From the sequence record DRR723986_7683: a DNA stretch of 58,659 nucleotides; one strand, 5' to 3'. Below, piece by piece: positions 19,555-28,792 of this stretch (the first letter of the stretch is position 1; every line of letters begins with the position of its first letter). The translations under genes and the position numbers were made by a program. Under the pieces are notes generated by a model. That model saw only the letters and a list, made by a program, of their open reading frames with translations, was not told the origin of the DNA and made no database searches.

Positions 19555-22346
19555 TATCGAAGAAGTTGAATCGTTCCTTTTAGAGTCTGCTCTTTTTTCG
19601 CAGGATCGAGAACGTCAAAAACTACATTGCCTGAATAATAATAGGTTCCAGCCGGCAACTCATTTCCATTTTTATCTGTGCCATCCCATCTGATATAAAT
19701 ATCATTTTCATTGCTTTCCAAGCTATTATAGGAGAAAACTTCCACGCCCCAGCGATTGACTATCAAAATATCAACTCCCAAAACAAACCGTGGACATTGC
19801 GTAAATGGATTGTCAAAAGCCATGAATGTTTCATTAAATCCATCTCCATTTGGAGTAAAGGCATTTGGTAGATTATAGCTTGGGCAGTTGTCTACGCAGA
19901 CTATATTGCTAGGCTCAGATTCATTTCCTGATCGATCTACAGCAGTGATGTAATAACATCCTCTATAGTTCGGTAGATTAGAAATAGTAGTTACTAGGTC
20001 TAAAGAAGATAATTCTGCCACTAATTCAAATTGACCAGATTCTCCGTCAGGCGTAAAGTAAAGTTTATACCCGCTCAGCTCATCATCACAATCTCCTGTG
20101 AAATCAGGAGCCCAGCTTAAATCATGCTTATAGGTAGCATTATTGCAAGGGACTTCTGCGAGGTATTCAGTGCATTCAGGTCCTTCGAAAGTTAATACCG
20201 GTGGACATGGAAGGCGATTATCATCAGGCTTAGCACATGCTATTTGAGATTTGTTTTCAAGAGGATATACTAGTCCGGCTACATTATACGATCCTTTAGT
20301 AATAACGTAATAGCAGTATTCCAATTCTTTCTGAAGCGGAATTCCGTTGAAGCTACCATCATCTAAATAGCTGAAACCTTCAGATGTCACATCCACATCA
20401 GCTATTTTCACAAAAGTAGCATCATCCGCAGCCGCTGCATCTGTTCGATTTCTATATACCTCATGTCTGTACTCGCTCACAGCATTGTTCCAAGGGACAG
20501 TGAATTCCCAATTAACTTCAATTGCCTCATTGATTATGGTCAAATCCGTCCAAACGGATGAAGCTTTAGAAGAGGTGTCAATTTTGGTGTTTCTATCCAG
20601 AAGAACTACCTCGTAATTGTAAACCAGGTTTTGGGTATTTAATCCTGTATCGGTGAATAGCGTATCCGATGTAATTCCCAAAGAGACTTGTCCTGCATCT
20701 CCTGTGAATCCTGTGCTTCGCAAAAGCTCGTAACTATATGGCCCCGGGAATTGTACTTTGTCTATGTCATACGGAGGGGTCCATTTTACAAATATCTCGC
20801 CAGCAGTAGGGTCAGTTTCTTCTACACTGACATTTGTGATGATAGGTACATCCACATCGATTGTGACGCAAATCTCATCTGAGACTATGCTTTCGCCCAG
20901 CCTAGGTTCTGGGTAGGCTGCTACTAATCTATAGCAATAGGTGTTTCCAGGTGCCAAACCTTCTCCGCCGTTGGTATCAAGGAAGTCTAGCGTTTGCATC
21001 GTGGTAGTGCCTATTAGTTCATAGCCCGCTCTTATCCCAGTTTCACAGCTATCTGGCAAATAAGGGTCAGAGTTTATCCTTCTCCAAATCTGCATCTCGT
21101 TGGCTGAGTTGGCACAGGCGTAAGGGTCCCAGTTCAACTCTACTTCTCTACCAGGCATTTGTTCTATTTCATCAAAAACTGGAGGCGGACCGACCACTTT
21201 GATACGCCACGTTTTAATGTCTACTAAGGCTGGACCAGAACTAGGATCGTCCGTGATTCTTACACGGACTTCATATTCCCTTGCTCGCACATGATTACAG
21301 ACAGTTTGCCAGTCGAAATTAACTACTCCGGGAGTAGGCTGGAATTCACTCTCTGGGGAGTAAATCGCTGGAGAGGTGGTTATTTCTATAGGCTCTCCGA
21401 AGACTTCAATTTTGATTGGATCTCCATCAGGATCTTGGCCTTGAATAATTTCTTCTATTTTGGTCCCAGCTACCACGCACAGGTCGGGAGGTAAAATCAA
21501 CTCAGGTCTTCTATTATTTGAGTTTTCGATGATGATCTGCATATCCCGTACTACACTTCCGATAAGCTCAAATTTTCCGTTGAGCTTTCTATATTCGTTA
21601 ATCCTAAATGCCACATTAAATTGTCCCGCGGTACCAGGAGCGTCCCAAATCAAATCTCCCGTTATTGGATCTAATCTTAAAAATGCTGGGGTAGTGCCAT
21701 CTTCTTGATTGAAGCTGAACTCTGGAGAAGCTGGGCTTCTGTAGTTGTTAACTGGACGCTGAAATGCTTGCTTTGGAATATCCATTACATAAGCCAAGCT
21801 ATCTCCATCTGGATCGTAAGCACCTGGATTGTGGATGTATCTCACATTCACTGCTCCATTATCCACTGGAGGAATTGTCAAAACAGGAGAATTATTTACC
21901 CCAATAAAGGGATCAATGGTGATGGTAGTTTCCACATAAAAAGGCGTATCCACCGAGTTATCCATATTTAATGTTTTGTCATTTCGGTTGAATTCCTGAA
22001 ATCGAATGGTATAAGTTCCGGGACCTTGGAAGGTATGTGTTATTATAAATTCATTTTTTTCAATTTGATTCCCTAATGGCGTTACAATAGATATATCACT
22101 TTCCGTGTTTAATTCAGTGACTCTCCCATCTCCAAAATCAATTTCTCCAGGCCCAAAGATCACATTAGATCGAGTATCGGTGTATCCAACTACTGTGATT
22201 TTATAAGTTAAATTTTGAACAGACACCCGCTCAGCAATGATTTCTCCAGCTCTAATGTGTGTTGCCCAAGCTTCAGAAATTCCCGCAATTAGGAAGAGTA
22301 AAAAAAGTCCAAGGGTGATTTTCAGCTTCATAATGGTCAAGTTCAT
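19554..22346 (-). CDS. T9SS type-B cargo (gliding motility-associated C-terminal domain) protein with Fn3/Ig-like domains
   Basis: Signal peptide then 'ATHIRAGEI'; DPDGDSL motifs; Fn3-like 'YCY..'; C-terminal LPNAFTPNGDGFN...NRWG...WDG...GTYYY; alternative start 22331. Confidence 0.88.
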   Translation of the reverse strand: MNLTIMKLKITLGLFLLFLIAGISEAWATHIRAGEIIAERVSVQNLTYKITVVGYTDTRSNVIFGPGEIDFGDGRVTELNTESDISIVTPLGNQIEKNEFIITHTFQGPGTYTIRFQEFNRNDKTLNMDNSVDTPFYVETTITIDPFIGVNNSPVLTIPPVDNGAVNVRYIHNPGAYDPDGDSLAYVMDIPKQAFQRPVNNYRSPASPEFSFNQEDGTTPAFLRLDPITGDLIWDAPGTAGQFNVAFRINEYRKLNGKFELIGSVVRDMQIIIENSNNRRPELILPPDLCVVAGTKIEEIIQGQDPDGDPIKIEVFGEPIEITTSPAIYSPESEFQPTPGVVNFDWQTVCNHVRAREYEVRVRITDDPSSGPALVDIKTWRIKVVGPPPVFDEIEQMPGREVELNWDPYACANSANEMQIWRRINSDPYLPDSCETGIRAGYELIGTTTMQTLDFLDTNGGEGLAPGNTYCYRLVAAYPEPRLGESIVSDEICVTIDVDVPIITNVSVEETDPTAGEIFVKWTPPYDIDKVQFPGPYSYELLRSTGFTGDAGQVSLGITSDTLFTDTGLNTQNLVYNYEVVLLDRNTKIDTSSKASSVWTDLTIINEAIEVNWEFTVPWNNAVSEYRHEVYRNRTDAAAADDATFVKIADVDVTSEGFSYLDDGSFNGIPLQKELEYCYYVITKGSYNVAGLVYPLENKSQIACAKPDDNRLPCPPVLTFEGPECTEYLAEVPCNNATYKHDLSWAPDFTGDCDDELSGYKLYFTPDGESGQFELVAELSSLDLVTTISNLPNYRGCYYITAVDRSGNESEPSNIVCVDNCPSYNLPNAFTPNGDGFNETFMAFDNPFTQCPRFVLGVDILIVNRWGVEVFSYNSLESNENDIYIRWDGTDKNGNELPAGTYYYSGNVVFDVLDPAKKEQTLKGTIQLLR

Positions 22347-22630
22347 TTTTAAGGAGAAATAGAATTTACGAATTTATCCTGTTCTAAGGTTTTAACTTAC
22401 TTTCTGTTCCTATACGAATTAAATAGAAGTAAGTAGAAAATCCCCGCAAAATCAAACATTAAATCTCTACATATAGTTATACATCCAGCAAATTCTTCAA
22501 AGGTTGAAGTCTATTTAGAACTGATTAAAATAAGAGAAGTGTTTTTGAATAGATTGTTTGCTAGTTGTTCCAAATGTAAATTTGGCACAATTAATCAAAG
22601 ATTTCGTTTTAATCTAATCGCAAAAATTGT

Positions 22631-23311
22631 ATGAGCTGGGTTACAAAAACCTTGAGTAGCACAATAGGCAGGAAACTGATCATGGCGCTGACCGGACTTT
22701 TCCTGATCCTGTTTTTGACAGGTCACGTTTCGGGTAATTTACTGTTATTCAAGGGTGATGGGGGTGAGGCATTTAATATTTATGCCAAATTCATGACGAC
22801 GAATCCCGCAGTAAAACTTCTTTCTTACTTGACCTATATTTCCATTATTGGTCATGTTATATTTTCTATATGGCTGTCCAAGAGAAATAAATCTGCACGT
22901 CCGATTGGCTATGGCGTATCCACTCCGCCATCTACTACAGTTTCTTCCCGCAACATGGGCATCTTGGGTACGATCATTCTGATCTTTATCGTGGTTCACA
23001 TGCAAAGCTTTTGGGCTCAGATGCACTGGGGAGATTTACCATATGTGACCTATGAGGGAGAAGAATACAAGGATCTTTACAGCATCGTCGTGTTTGCATT
23101 TCAGAACATCTGGATGGTTATAGGCTATGTAGTAGCGATGGTTTTCTTGGCCTTCCACCTTTCTCATGGCTTTGCCAGTGCATTTCAGACCCTAGGTTTG
23201 AACCATGCGAAATATTCCCCAGCCATCTCGGTGATCGGAAAAATCTATTGCATCCTGGTGCCAATTCTTTTTGCCAGCATGCCAGTTTATATCTATTTCA
23301 CACAGAGCTAA
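22631..23311 (+). CDS. sdhC: Succinate dehydrogenase/fumarate reductase cytochrome b subunit
   Basis: 'STIGRKLIMALTGLFL..FL..H..GN', conserved heme His residues, 'HLSHGF.SAFQTLG'; first gene of the sdh operon. Confidence 0.93.
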   Translation: MSWVTKTLSSTIGRKLIMALTGLFLILFLTGHVSGNLLLFKGDGGEAFNIYAKFMTTNPAVKLLSYLTYISIIGHVIFSIWLSKRNKSARPIGYGVSTPPSTTVSSRNMGILGTIILIFIVVHMQSFWAQMHWGDLPYVTYEGEEYKDLYSIVVFAFQNIWMVIGYVVAMVFLAFHLSHGFASAFQTLGLNHAKYSPAISVIGKIYCILVPILFASMPVYIYFTQS

Positions 23312-23324
23312 TCTATAGTCCCCT

Positions 23325-25259
23325 ATGATACTAGATTCAAAATCCCCAATCGGACCTTTAGCCGAAAAGTGGACTAAACATAAGTTTAACAGTAAGCTGG
23401 TAAACCCAGCAAACAAAAGAAAATACGAAGTAATCGTAGTAGGTACCGGTCTTGCTGGAGCCTCAGCGGCTGCTTCTCTGGCAGAACTTGGCTATAAAGT
23501 GAAAGCATTTTGCTTCCAGGATAGCCCGCGTCGTGCGCACTCTATCGCAGCACAAGGCGGGATCAATGCTGCCAAAAATTATCAAAATGACGGTGACTCG
23601 GTATTCAGACTATTTTACGATACCATCAAAGGTGGAGATTATCGTTCCCGTGAATCCAATGTGTACCGTCTTGCAGAAGTTTCTGTAAATATCATTGACC
23701 AGTGTGTGGCGCAGGGAGTTCCTTTCGCCAGAGAATATGGTGGATTGCTAGCCAACCGTTCATTTGGTGGAGCGCAGGTGTCCAGGACTTTCTATGCTAG
23801 GGGCCAAACGGGACAGCAGTTGCTTTTAGGCGCATATTCTGCATTGAGTCGTCAGGTAGCTAATGGTAAAGTGAAACTTTATCCTCGTACCGAAATGATG
23901 GACGTCGTGACTATCGATGGACATGCTAGAGGTATAGTGACCAGAAATCTGATTACTGGTAAAATCGAAACTCACGCAGCTCATGCGGTCTTGCTATGTA
24001 CTGGTGGCTACGGAAACGTATTTTTCCTATCTACCAATGCGATGGGATCGAATGTAACGGCGGCTTGGAGAGCTCACAAAAAAGGAGCTTACTTCGCCAA
24101 TCCTTGCTACACGCAGATTCACCCGACTTGTATCCCGGTATCCGGAGACCATCAGTCCAAGCTGACCTTGATGTCTGAATCACTGAGAAATGACGGTCGA
24201 GTGTGGGTACCAAAGACTGTAGAGCTGGCGCAAAAGCTTCGCAAAGGAGAAATCAAACCTAGAGATATCAAGGAGGAGGATAGGGATTACTACTTGGAGA
24301 GAAAGTATCCTTCATTTGGTAACTTAGTTCCTCGTGATGTAGCTTCCAGAAATGCGAAAGACGTCTGTGACGAAGGTCGCGGCGTAAATGAGACGGGTCA
24401 AGCAGTTTTCCTTGATTTCCGAGATGCTATCAATCGTGACAGCGAGGATGCGATCCGAGCGAGATACGGCAACTTGTTTGATATGTATCAGCAGATCACC
24501 GGCGAGAATCCTTACCAGACTCCAATGAAAATATATCCAGCGGTTCACTATACTATGGGTGGACTTTGGGTTGATTATAACCTATCTACTACCGTTCCTG
24601 GGCTTTACTCCCTAGGAGAGGCAAACTTCTCAGATCACGGAGCAAACAGACTGGGAGCTTCCGCTTTGATGCAAGGTCTGGCAGATGGATACTTTGTAGT
24701 GCCTTATACTATCGGAGATTATTTGGCTCAAATTGGACCAGCACCTGTGGATACCAATCATCCTGAATTTGCGAAAGCAGAAAAAGGCGTGAAAGATGCC
24801 ATCCAAAAGCTATTGTCTATCAACGGTACCAAAACTGTAGATCACTTCCATAAAGCTCTAGGACATATCATGTGGGAATACTGCGGTATGGCTAGAAATG
24901 CAGAAGGTTTGACTAAGGCTAAAGGGATGATTCAGGAGCTTAGAAAGGAATTCTGGAAAGATGTGAAAGTGTTAGGTGCAAATGAAGAATTGAACCAGAC
25001 CTTGGAGAAAGCTAGCCGAGTTGCTGATTTCTTAGAGTTGGGAGAATTGATGATTGATGACGCGCTCAATAGAAATGAGTCTTGTGGCGGTCACTTCAGA
25101 ACAGAATCTCAAACCCCGGAAGGAGAAGCTCTTAGAGATGATGAGAACTATGCTTACGTAGCAGCTTGGGCATTCAAAGGTGAAAATACGCCTGAAGAAT
25201 TAAATAAAGAACCATTGGTGTTCGAAAACGTGAAGTTGACTCAGAGATCCTACAAATAA
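23325..25259 (+). CDS. sdhA: Succinate dehydrogenase/fumarate reductase flavoprotein
   Basis: [42 protein letters not shown]. Confidence 0.97.
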   Translation: MILDSKSPIGPLAEKWTKHKFNSKLVNPANKRKYEVIVVGTGLAGASAAASLAELGYKVKAFCFQDSPRRAHSIAAQGGINAAKNYQNDGDSVFRLFYDTIKGGDYRSRESNVYRLAEVSVNIIDQCVAQGVPFAREYGGLLANRSFGGAQVSRTFYARGQTGQQLLLGAYSALSRQVANGKVKLYPRTEMMDVVTIDGHARGIVTRNLITGKIETHAAHAVLLCTGGYGNVFFLSTNAMGSNVTAAWRAHKKGAYFANPCYTQIHPTCIPVSGDHQSKLTLMSESLRNDGRVWVPKTVELAQKLRKGEIKPRDIKEEDRDYYLERKYPSFGNLVPRDVASRNAKDVCDEGRGVNETGQAVFLDFRDAINRDSEDAIRARYGNLFDMYQQITGENPYQTPMKIYPAVHYTMGGLWVDYNLSTTVPGLYSLGEANFSDHGANRLGASALMQGLADGYFVVPYTIGDYLAQIGPAPVDTNHPEFAKAEKGVKDAIQKLLSINGTKTVDHFHKALGHIMWEYCGMARNAEGLTKAKGMIQELRKEFWKDVKVLGANEELNQTLEKASRVADFLELGELMIDDALNRNESCGGHFRTESQTPEGEALRDDENYAYVAAWAFKGENTPEELNKEPLVFENVKLTQRSYK

Positions 25260-25290
25260 ATTCAAGACTTTAATTCATAACTATATTAGT

Positions 25291-26040
25291 ATGAAACTGA
25301 CATTAAAAATATGGAGACAGAAAAACGCCAGCGATAAAGGCGGTTTTGTCACCTATCCTATAGCTGGAATTTCCACTGACATGTCATTCCTAGAGATGAT
25401 GGATGTCTTGAATGAGGAACTTGCTATCAAAGGAGAAGATCCAGTGCACTTTGACCACGATTGCCGTGAAGGTATCTGTGGTATGTGCTCTTTATATATC
25501 AATGGCCACCCACATGGGCCGAAGCAGACGACTACCTGTCAGCTTCACATGCGTTCGTTCTCTGATGGAGACACCATCACGATCGAACCTTGGAGAGCTG
25601 CGGCTTTCCCGGTAGTGAAGGATTTGGTGGTGGACCGTGGTTCTTTCGATAGAATCATCCAGGCGGGAGGCTATGTGTCCGTGAACACCGGTGGTGTTCC
25701 TGATGCGAACGAGATTCCTATTCCAAAGAGGATTGCGGATGAGGCTTTCGATTCTGCTACTTGTATTGGTTGTGGAGCTTGTGTGGCAGCCTGTAAGAAT
25801 GCTTCTGCGATGCTCTTTACCTCTGCCAAAATCTCTCAGCTGGCAATGCTTCCTCAAGGTCAGGTGGAACGTATGTCCAGAGCAGAGAAGATGGTCGCTC
25901 AGATGGATGAGGAAGGTTTCGGAGCTTGTACTAATACTGGTGCTTGCGAAGCAGAATGTCCTAAGGGAATCAGCCTAACGAATATTGCTCGAATGAACAG
26001 AGAGTATTTTTCTGCTTCTATGAAGAGCGAGAATGTATAA
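25291..26040 (+). CDS. sdhB: Succinate dehydrogenase/fumarate reductase iron-sulfur subunit
   Basis: [32 protein letters not shown] Fe-S motifs. Confidence 0.97.
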   Translation: MKLTLKIWRQKNASDKGGFVTYPIAGISTDMSFLEMMDVLNEELAIKGEDPVHFDHDCREGICGMCSLYINGHPHGPKQTTTCQLHMRSFSDGDTITIEPWRAAAFPVVKDLVVDRGSFDRIIQAGGYVSVNTGGVPDANEIPIPKRIADEAFDSATCIGCGACVAACKNASAMLFTSAKISQLAMLPQGQVERMSRAEKMVAQMDEEGFGACTNTGACEAECPKGISLTNIARMNREYFSASMKSENV

Positions 26041-26091
26041 TTGAATTACAAATTCATAAAGAATGAAAGAGCCGGCGAGAGTCGGCTTTTT
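25998..26091 (+). repeat. Direct repeat copy 1 (sdhB 3' end plus terminator)
   Basis: Aligns with 28491-28585 at roughly 80% identity by manual alignment. Confidence 0.85.
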
Positions 26092-26093
26092 TT
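26066..26093 (+). terminator. Intrinsic terminator of the sdh operon
   Basis: AAAGAGCCGGC-GAGA-GTCGGCTTTTTTT hairpin with T tract. Confidence 0.85.
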
Positions 26094-26245
26094 GGTTTTT
26101 GGGGTGATGCAGGGAGGCGTTGTATATTTCTTTTCTATATTTAACTAAAGGAATTATATCATTAGTAGATATCTTTCCAAATAAGCATGATATCACTAAT
26201 AGGGTATAAACATACGTTGTAGGCAATTTTAACACGAGACAGAAA

Positions 26246-27694
26246 ATGACAGAAATACCGAAAATATTCATTTCATATAGTTGGACAACACCACAACACG
26301 AAGACTGGGTTATCAACCTTGCAGAGAAACTTGTTTCTGATGGGGTTGACGTAATTATTGACAAGTGGAACTTAAAAGAAGGGCATGACAAATACAATTT
26401 TATGGAGACGATGGTTAAATCGTCGGACATTCAGAAAGTGCTTATAATTCTTGATAAAAAATATTCAGAAAAGGCAGAAAAAAGAGCAGGTGGTGTTGGG
26501 ACAGAAACTCAAATAATAAGTCCGAAAATATACGGTGACGTTTCTCAAGAAAAATTCATTCCTATTGTTGCTGAAAAAGATGAAAACGAAAATGCTTTTG
26601 TCCCAACATTCTTAGAAAGTAGAATTTACATTGACCTATCAGATGACGATAAATTTGAAGAGAACTACGAAAGCCTATTAAGAAATATTTATCAAAGACC
26701 TGCATATAGCAAGCCTAAAATTGGAAAAGCCCCAAGTTATCTTTTTGAAGATACACCAATGACTCATAAAACTTCAAACATTGTTAGAAGTTTTGACAAT
26801 CAAATATCCAAATCACCTAAAAGAGTAAATGCAATAATTCGAGAATTTTTGGACGACTTTTTCGATGATTTGAAAGGTTACTCTGTTGACCTTAATGGAA
26901 CAAGAGATATTATACTTTTTGGAAAAGCAATCCACGATAATATAAATTCATACACACCACTCCGAAACGATTATATTATATTTCTGGACAAACTTTTCAA
27001 GAGCGAACTTGAATTTGACATTGATATTTTCATAAAATTTTTTGAAAGGTTACCAATACTCAAAGACCCACAAGACGGTAGAAGTAGTTGGACACAAAGC
27101 GAATTTGACAACTTTAGATTTTTCATTCACGAGATATTTGTTTACACTATTGCAGTGGGTTTAAAAAATGAAAAGTACAAGTTCATTGAAGAAATTTTGT
27201 ATTCAGGGTATTTCTTTCAAGGACGATTTGATTATAAAAAAGATGCCCAAAGATTTGATGAACTATACAATTATGTTGAGATATTTGACCAATACTATAA
27301 ACAAACTTATTCCAAAGATTATTTCAGCCCAATGGCAGATTTGATTGTAAAACGCTTACCTGATAATTTGACCTTAGACGACATAGTAAATGCTGACTTG
27401 CTTATTCATTACATCGCATCTTTTGAAAATATTAGGTGGTTCCCTATAACATATGTTTATAGAACAAGAGATAACGGTAAATTTGAGCTATTTCACCGAC
27501 TTGTTTCATTAAGACATTTTGAGAAAGTAAAAGTTCTTTTCAATGTAAATACAGTTAAAGAGTTACAAGAAAAAATAGCGGATTTTCAAACGACAGACAA
27601 AAATCCAAATGGGAATGGGTATTCACGTTCATTTGACAGGGTTATACCTATTCACAAACTTATTGAAAGTGACAAAATAGGAACAATTCGATAG
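26246..27694 (+). CDS. SEFIR/TIR-domain protein, putative anti-phage defence
   Basis: N-terminal 'PKIFISYSW...H..WV..LA..L...GVDV..DKW.L..G.D...FME', 'YSEKA..RAGGVGTE' SEFIR/TIR signature; long helical C-terminus; spot GC counts 27-33% versus 55% in an sdhB line. Confidence 0.85.
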   Translation: MTEIPKIFISYSWTTPQHEDWVINLAEKLVSDGVDVIIDKWNLKEGHDKYNFMETMVKSSDIQKVLIILDKKYSEKAEKRAGGVGTETQIISPKIYGDVSQEKFIPIVAEKDENENAFVPTFLESRIYIDLSDDDKFEENYESLLRNIYQRPAYSKPKIGKAPSYLFEDTPMTHKTSNIVRSFDNQISKSPKRVNAIIREFLDDFFDDLKGYSVDLNGTRDIILFGKAIHDNINSYTPLRNDYIIFLDKLFKSELEFDIDIFIKFFERLPILKDPQDGRSSWTQSEFDNFRFFIHEIFVYTIAVGLKNEKYKFIEEILYSGYFFQGRFDYKKDAQRFDELYNYVEIFDQYYKQTYSKDYFSPMADLIVKRLPDNLTLDDIVNADLLIHYIASFENIRWFPITYVYRTRDNGKFELFHRLVSLRHFEKVKVLFNVNTVKELQEKIADFQTTDKNPNGNGYSRSFDRVIPIHKLIESDKIGTIR

Positions 27695-27700
27695 AAAAAC

Positions 27701-27835
27701 TGCCTACAACAGGCGTTTGGCACAATGGCGGGTGTAGTGGTTAATTGAACATTCTGCCTCGCATTAGTATTTGTGGTATATTGACAGTTTTGTGATACGA
27801 AATCCGCCACTACGCCAACCTGAATCCCATTAACG
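27701..27835 (+). repeat. attC-like imperfect inverted repeat
   Basis: TGCCTACAAC start; CAGG/CCTG, TTGGC/GCCAA and TGGCGG/CCGCCA nested arms with bulges; ends with ATTAACG where a GTT core would be expected. Confidence 0.6.
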
Positions 27836-27889
27836 CAATTTTCCAAACTTCCAATCCGCACTAAAATCATCTGAATACTCACCTTTACC

Positions 27890-28483
27890 ATGCACCCATC
27901 CAATTTACTTCAACAAGTAGCTTTCATCAAAGAAATAGACAAGCTGAAATACATTCAGCGCAAGACGCGATTATTCAACAGCGATAGACAGGAAAATGAT
28001 GCTGAGCATAGTTGGCATTTGGCGATGATGACCATTGTACTGGCTGAGCATTCGGACAAGCCAATTGATGTGCTGAAGGTGGTGAAAATGGTGCTAATCC
28101 ACGACATCGTGGAGATCGATGCTGGCGATACGTTTATCTATGATTCCACAAAGAATCATACCAATACTGAAGAAGAACTTCTTGCCGCAAAACGGATTTT
28201 TGGACTTTTACCAAAGGAGCAGGCCGAGGAATTTATAGCGGTTTGGGAAGAGTTTGAAGCAGGTGAATCTGATGAAGCGAAATTTGCGAAGTCTATGGAC
28301 AGATTTGAGCCGTTGCTACAAAACACCTCAAATAATGGTGGGACTTGGGCGGAATTTGATGTTCCTTATCAAAAAGTTTACGATAAGAAAAAAGCTATCA
28401 AAAATGGTTCTACATCTATTTGGAACTATGCAGAGAACTTGATTAACGAAAGTGTGGAGAAGGGGATTCTGAAAAAGGGATAA
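27890..28483 (+). CDS. HD domain phosphohydrolase (HD_3 / YfbR-like)
   Basis: 'IDKLK.IQR.T', 'ENDAEHSWHLA', 'LIHDIVEIDAGD', 'AKFAKSMDR'. Confidence 0.92.
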   Translation: MHPSNLLQQVAFIKEIDKLKYIQRKTRLFNSDRQENDAEHSWHLAMMTIVLAEHSDKPIDVLKVVKMVLIHDIVEIDAGDTFIYDSTKNHTNTEEELLAAKRIFGLLPKEQAEEFIAVWEEFEAGESDEAKFAKSMDRFEPLLQNTSNNGGTWAEFDVPYQKVYDKKKAIKNGSTSIWNYAENLINESVEKGILKKG

Positions 28484-28490
28484 GAATAGG

Positions 28491-28585
28491 CAGAGAGTAT
28501 TTCTTCTTTTCTGTAAAAAGAGAGAATGGATAATTTAATTACTAATTCATAAAGAAGATAAAAAGTCGGCAAGAGTCGGCTTTTT
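28491..28585 (+). repeat. Direct repeat copy 2: degenerate relic of the sdhB 3' end plus terminator
   Basis: Reads REYFFFSVKRENG* in the frame where sdhB reads [13 protein letters not shown], with the stop at the same offset; followed by an AAAAGTCGGC-AAGA-GTCGGCTTTTT hairpin. Confidence 0.85.
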
Positions 28586-28792
28586 CTATTTTCTGATTTT
28601 GAAGTTCTATTTTTTAACAATTCTCTACATGTCAATTGCTCTCTTTATAAATATTAGAATTATTCCAATTCAAATTTGCACTGAATGATCAAATTCAGCC
28701 TTAAAACCAATTAAAATTTTGAATGTGAGCCTTTATGCTTAACTTTGAAAAATTATATTTTAAGAAGATTTTGTCACAAATACAAATTAGAT

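Larger units (their letters stand above)
26216..27835 (+). mobile_element. Putative integron-like gene cassette (SEFIR gene plus attC-like site)
   Basis: Begins GTTGTAGGCA 30 bp before the ATG; its exact reverse complement TGCCTACAAC lies 6 bp after the stop and opens an imperfect ~135 nt hairpin; AT-rich single ORF; no integrase in the window. Confidence 0.65.

Noticed and set aside
26195-26225. Possible dif/Xer site at the cassette's left junction
   Set aside because: Only about 6/11 match to the XerD arm and no convincing XerC arm
25975-26430. 151 aa minus-strand ORF spanning the sdhB end and SEFIR start
   Set aside because: Antisense to two well-supported genes, crosses a terminator, and has no recognisable motif; not an integrase remnant
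27652-27903. 83 aa minus-strand ORF over the attC-like hairpin
   Set aside because: Overlaps both neighbours and coincides with the inverted-repeat element; likely spurious
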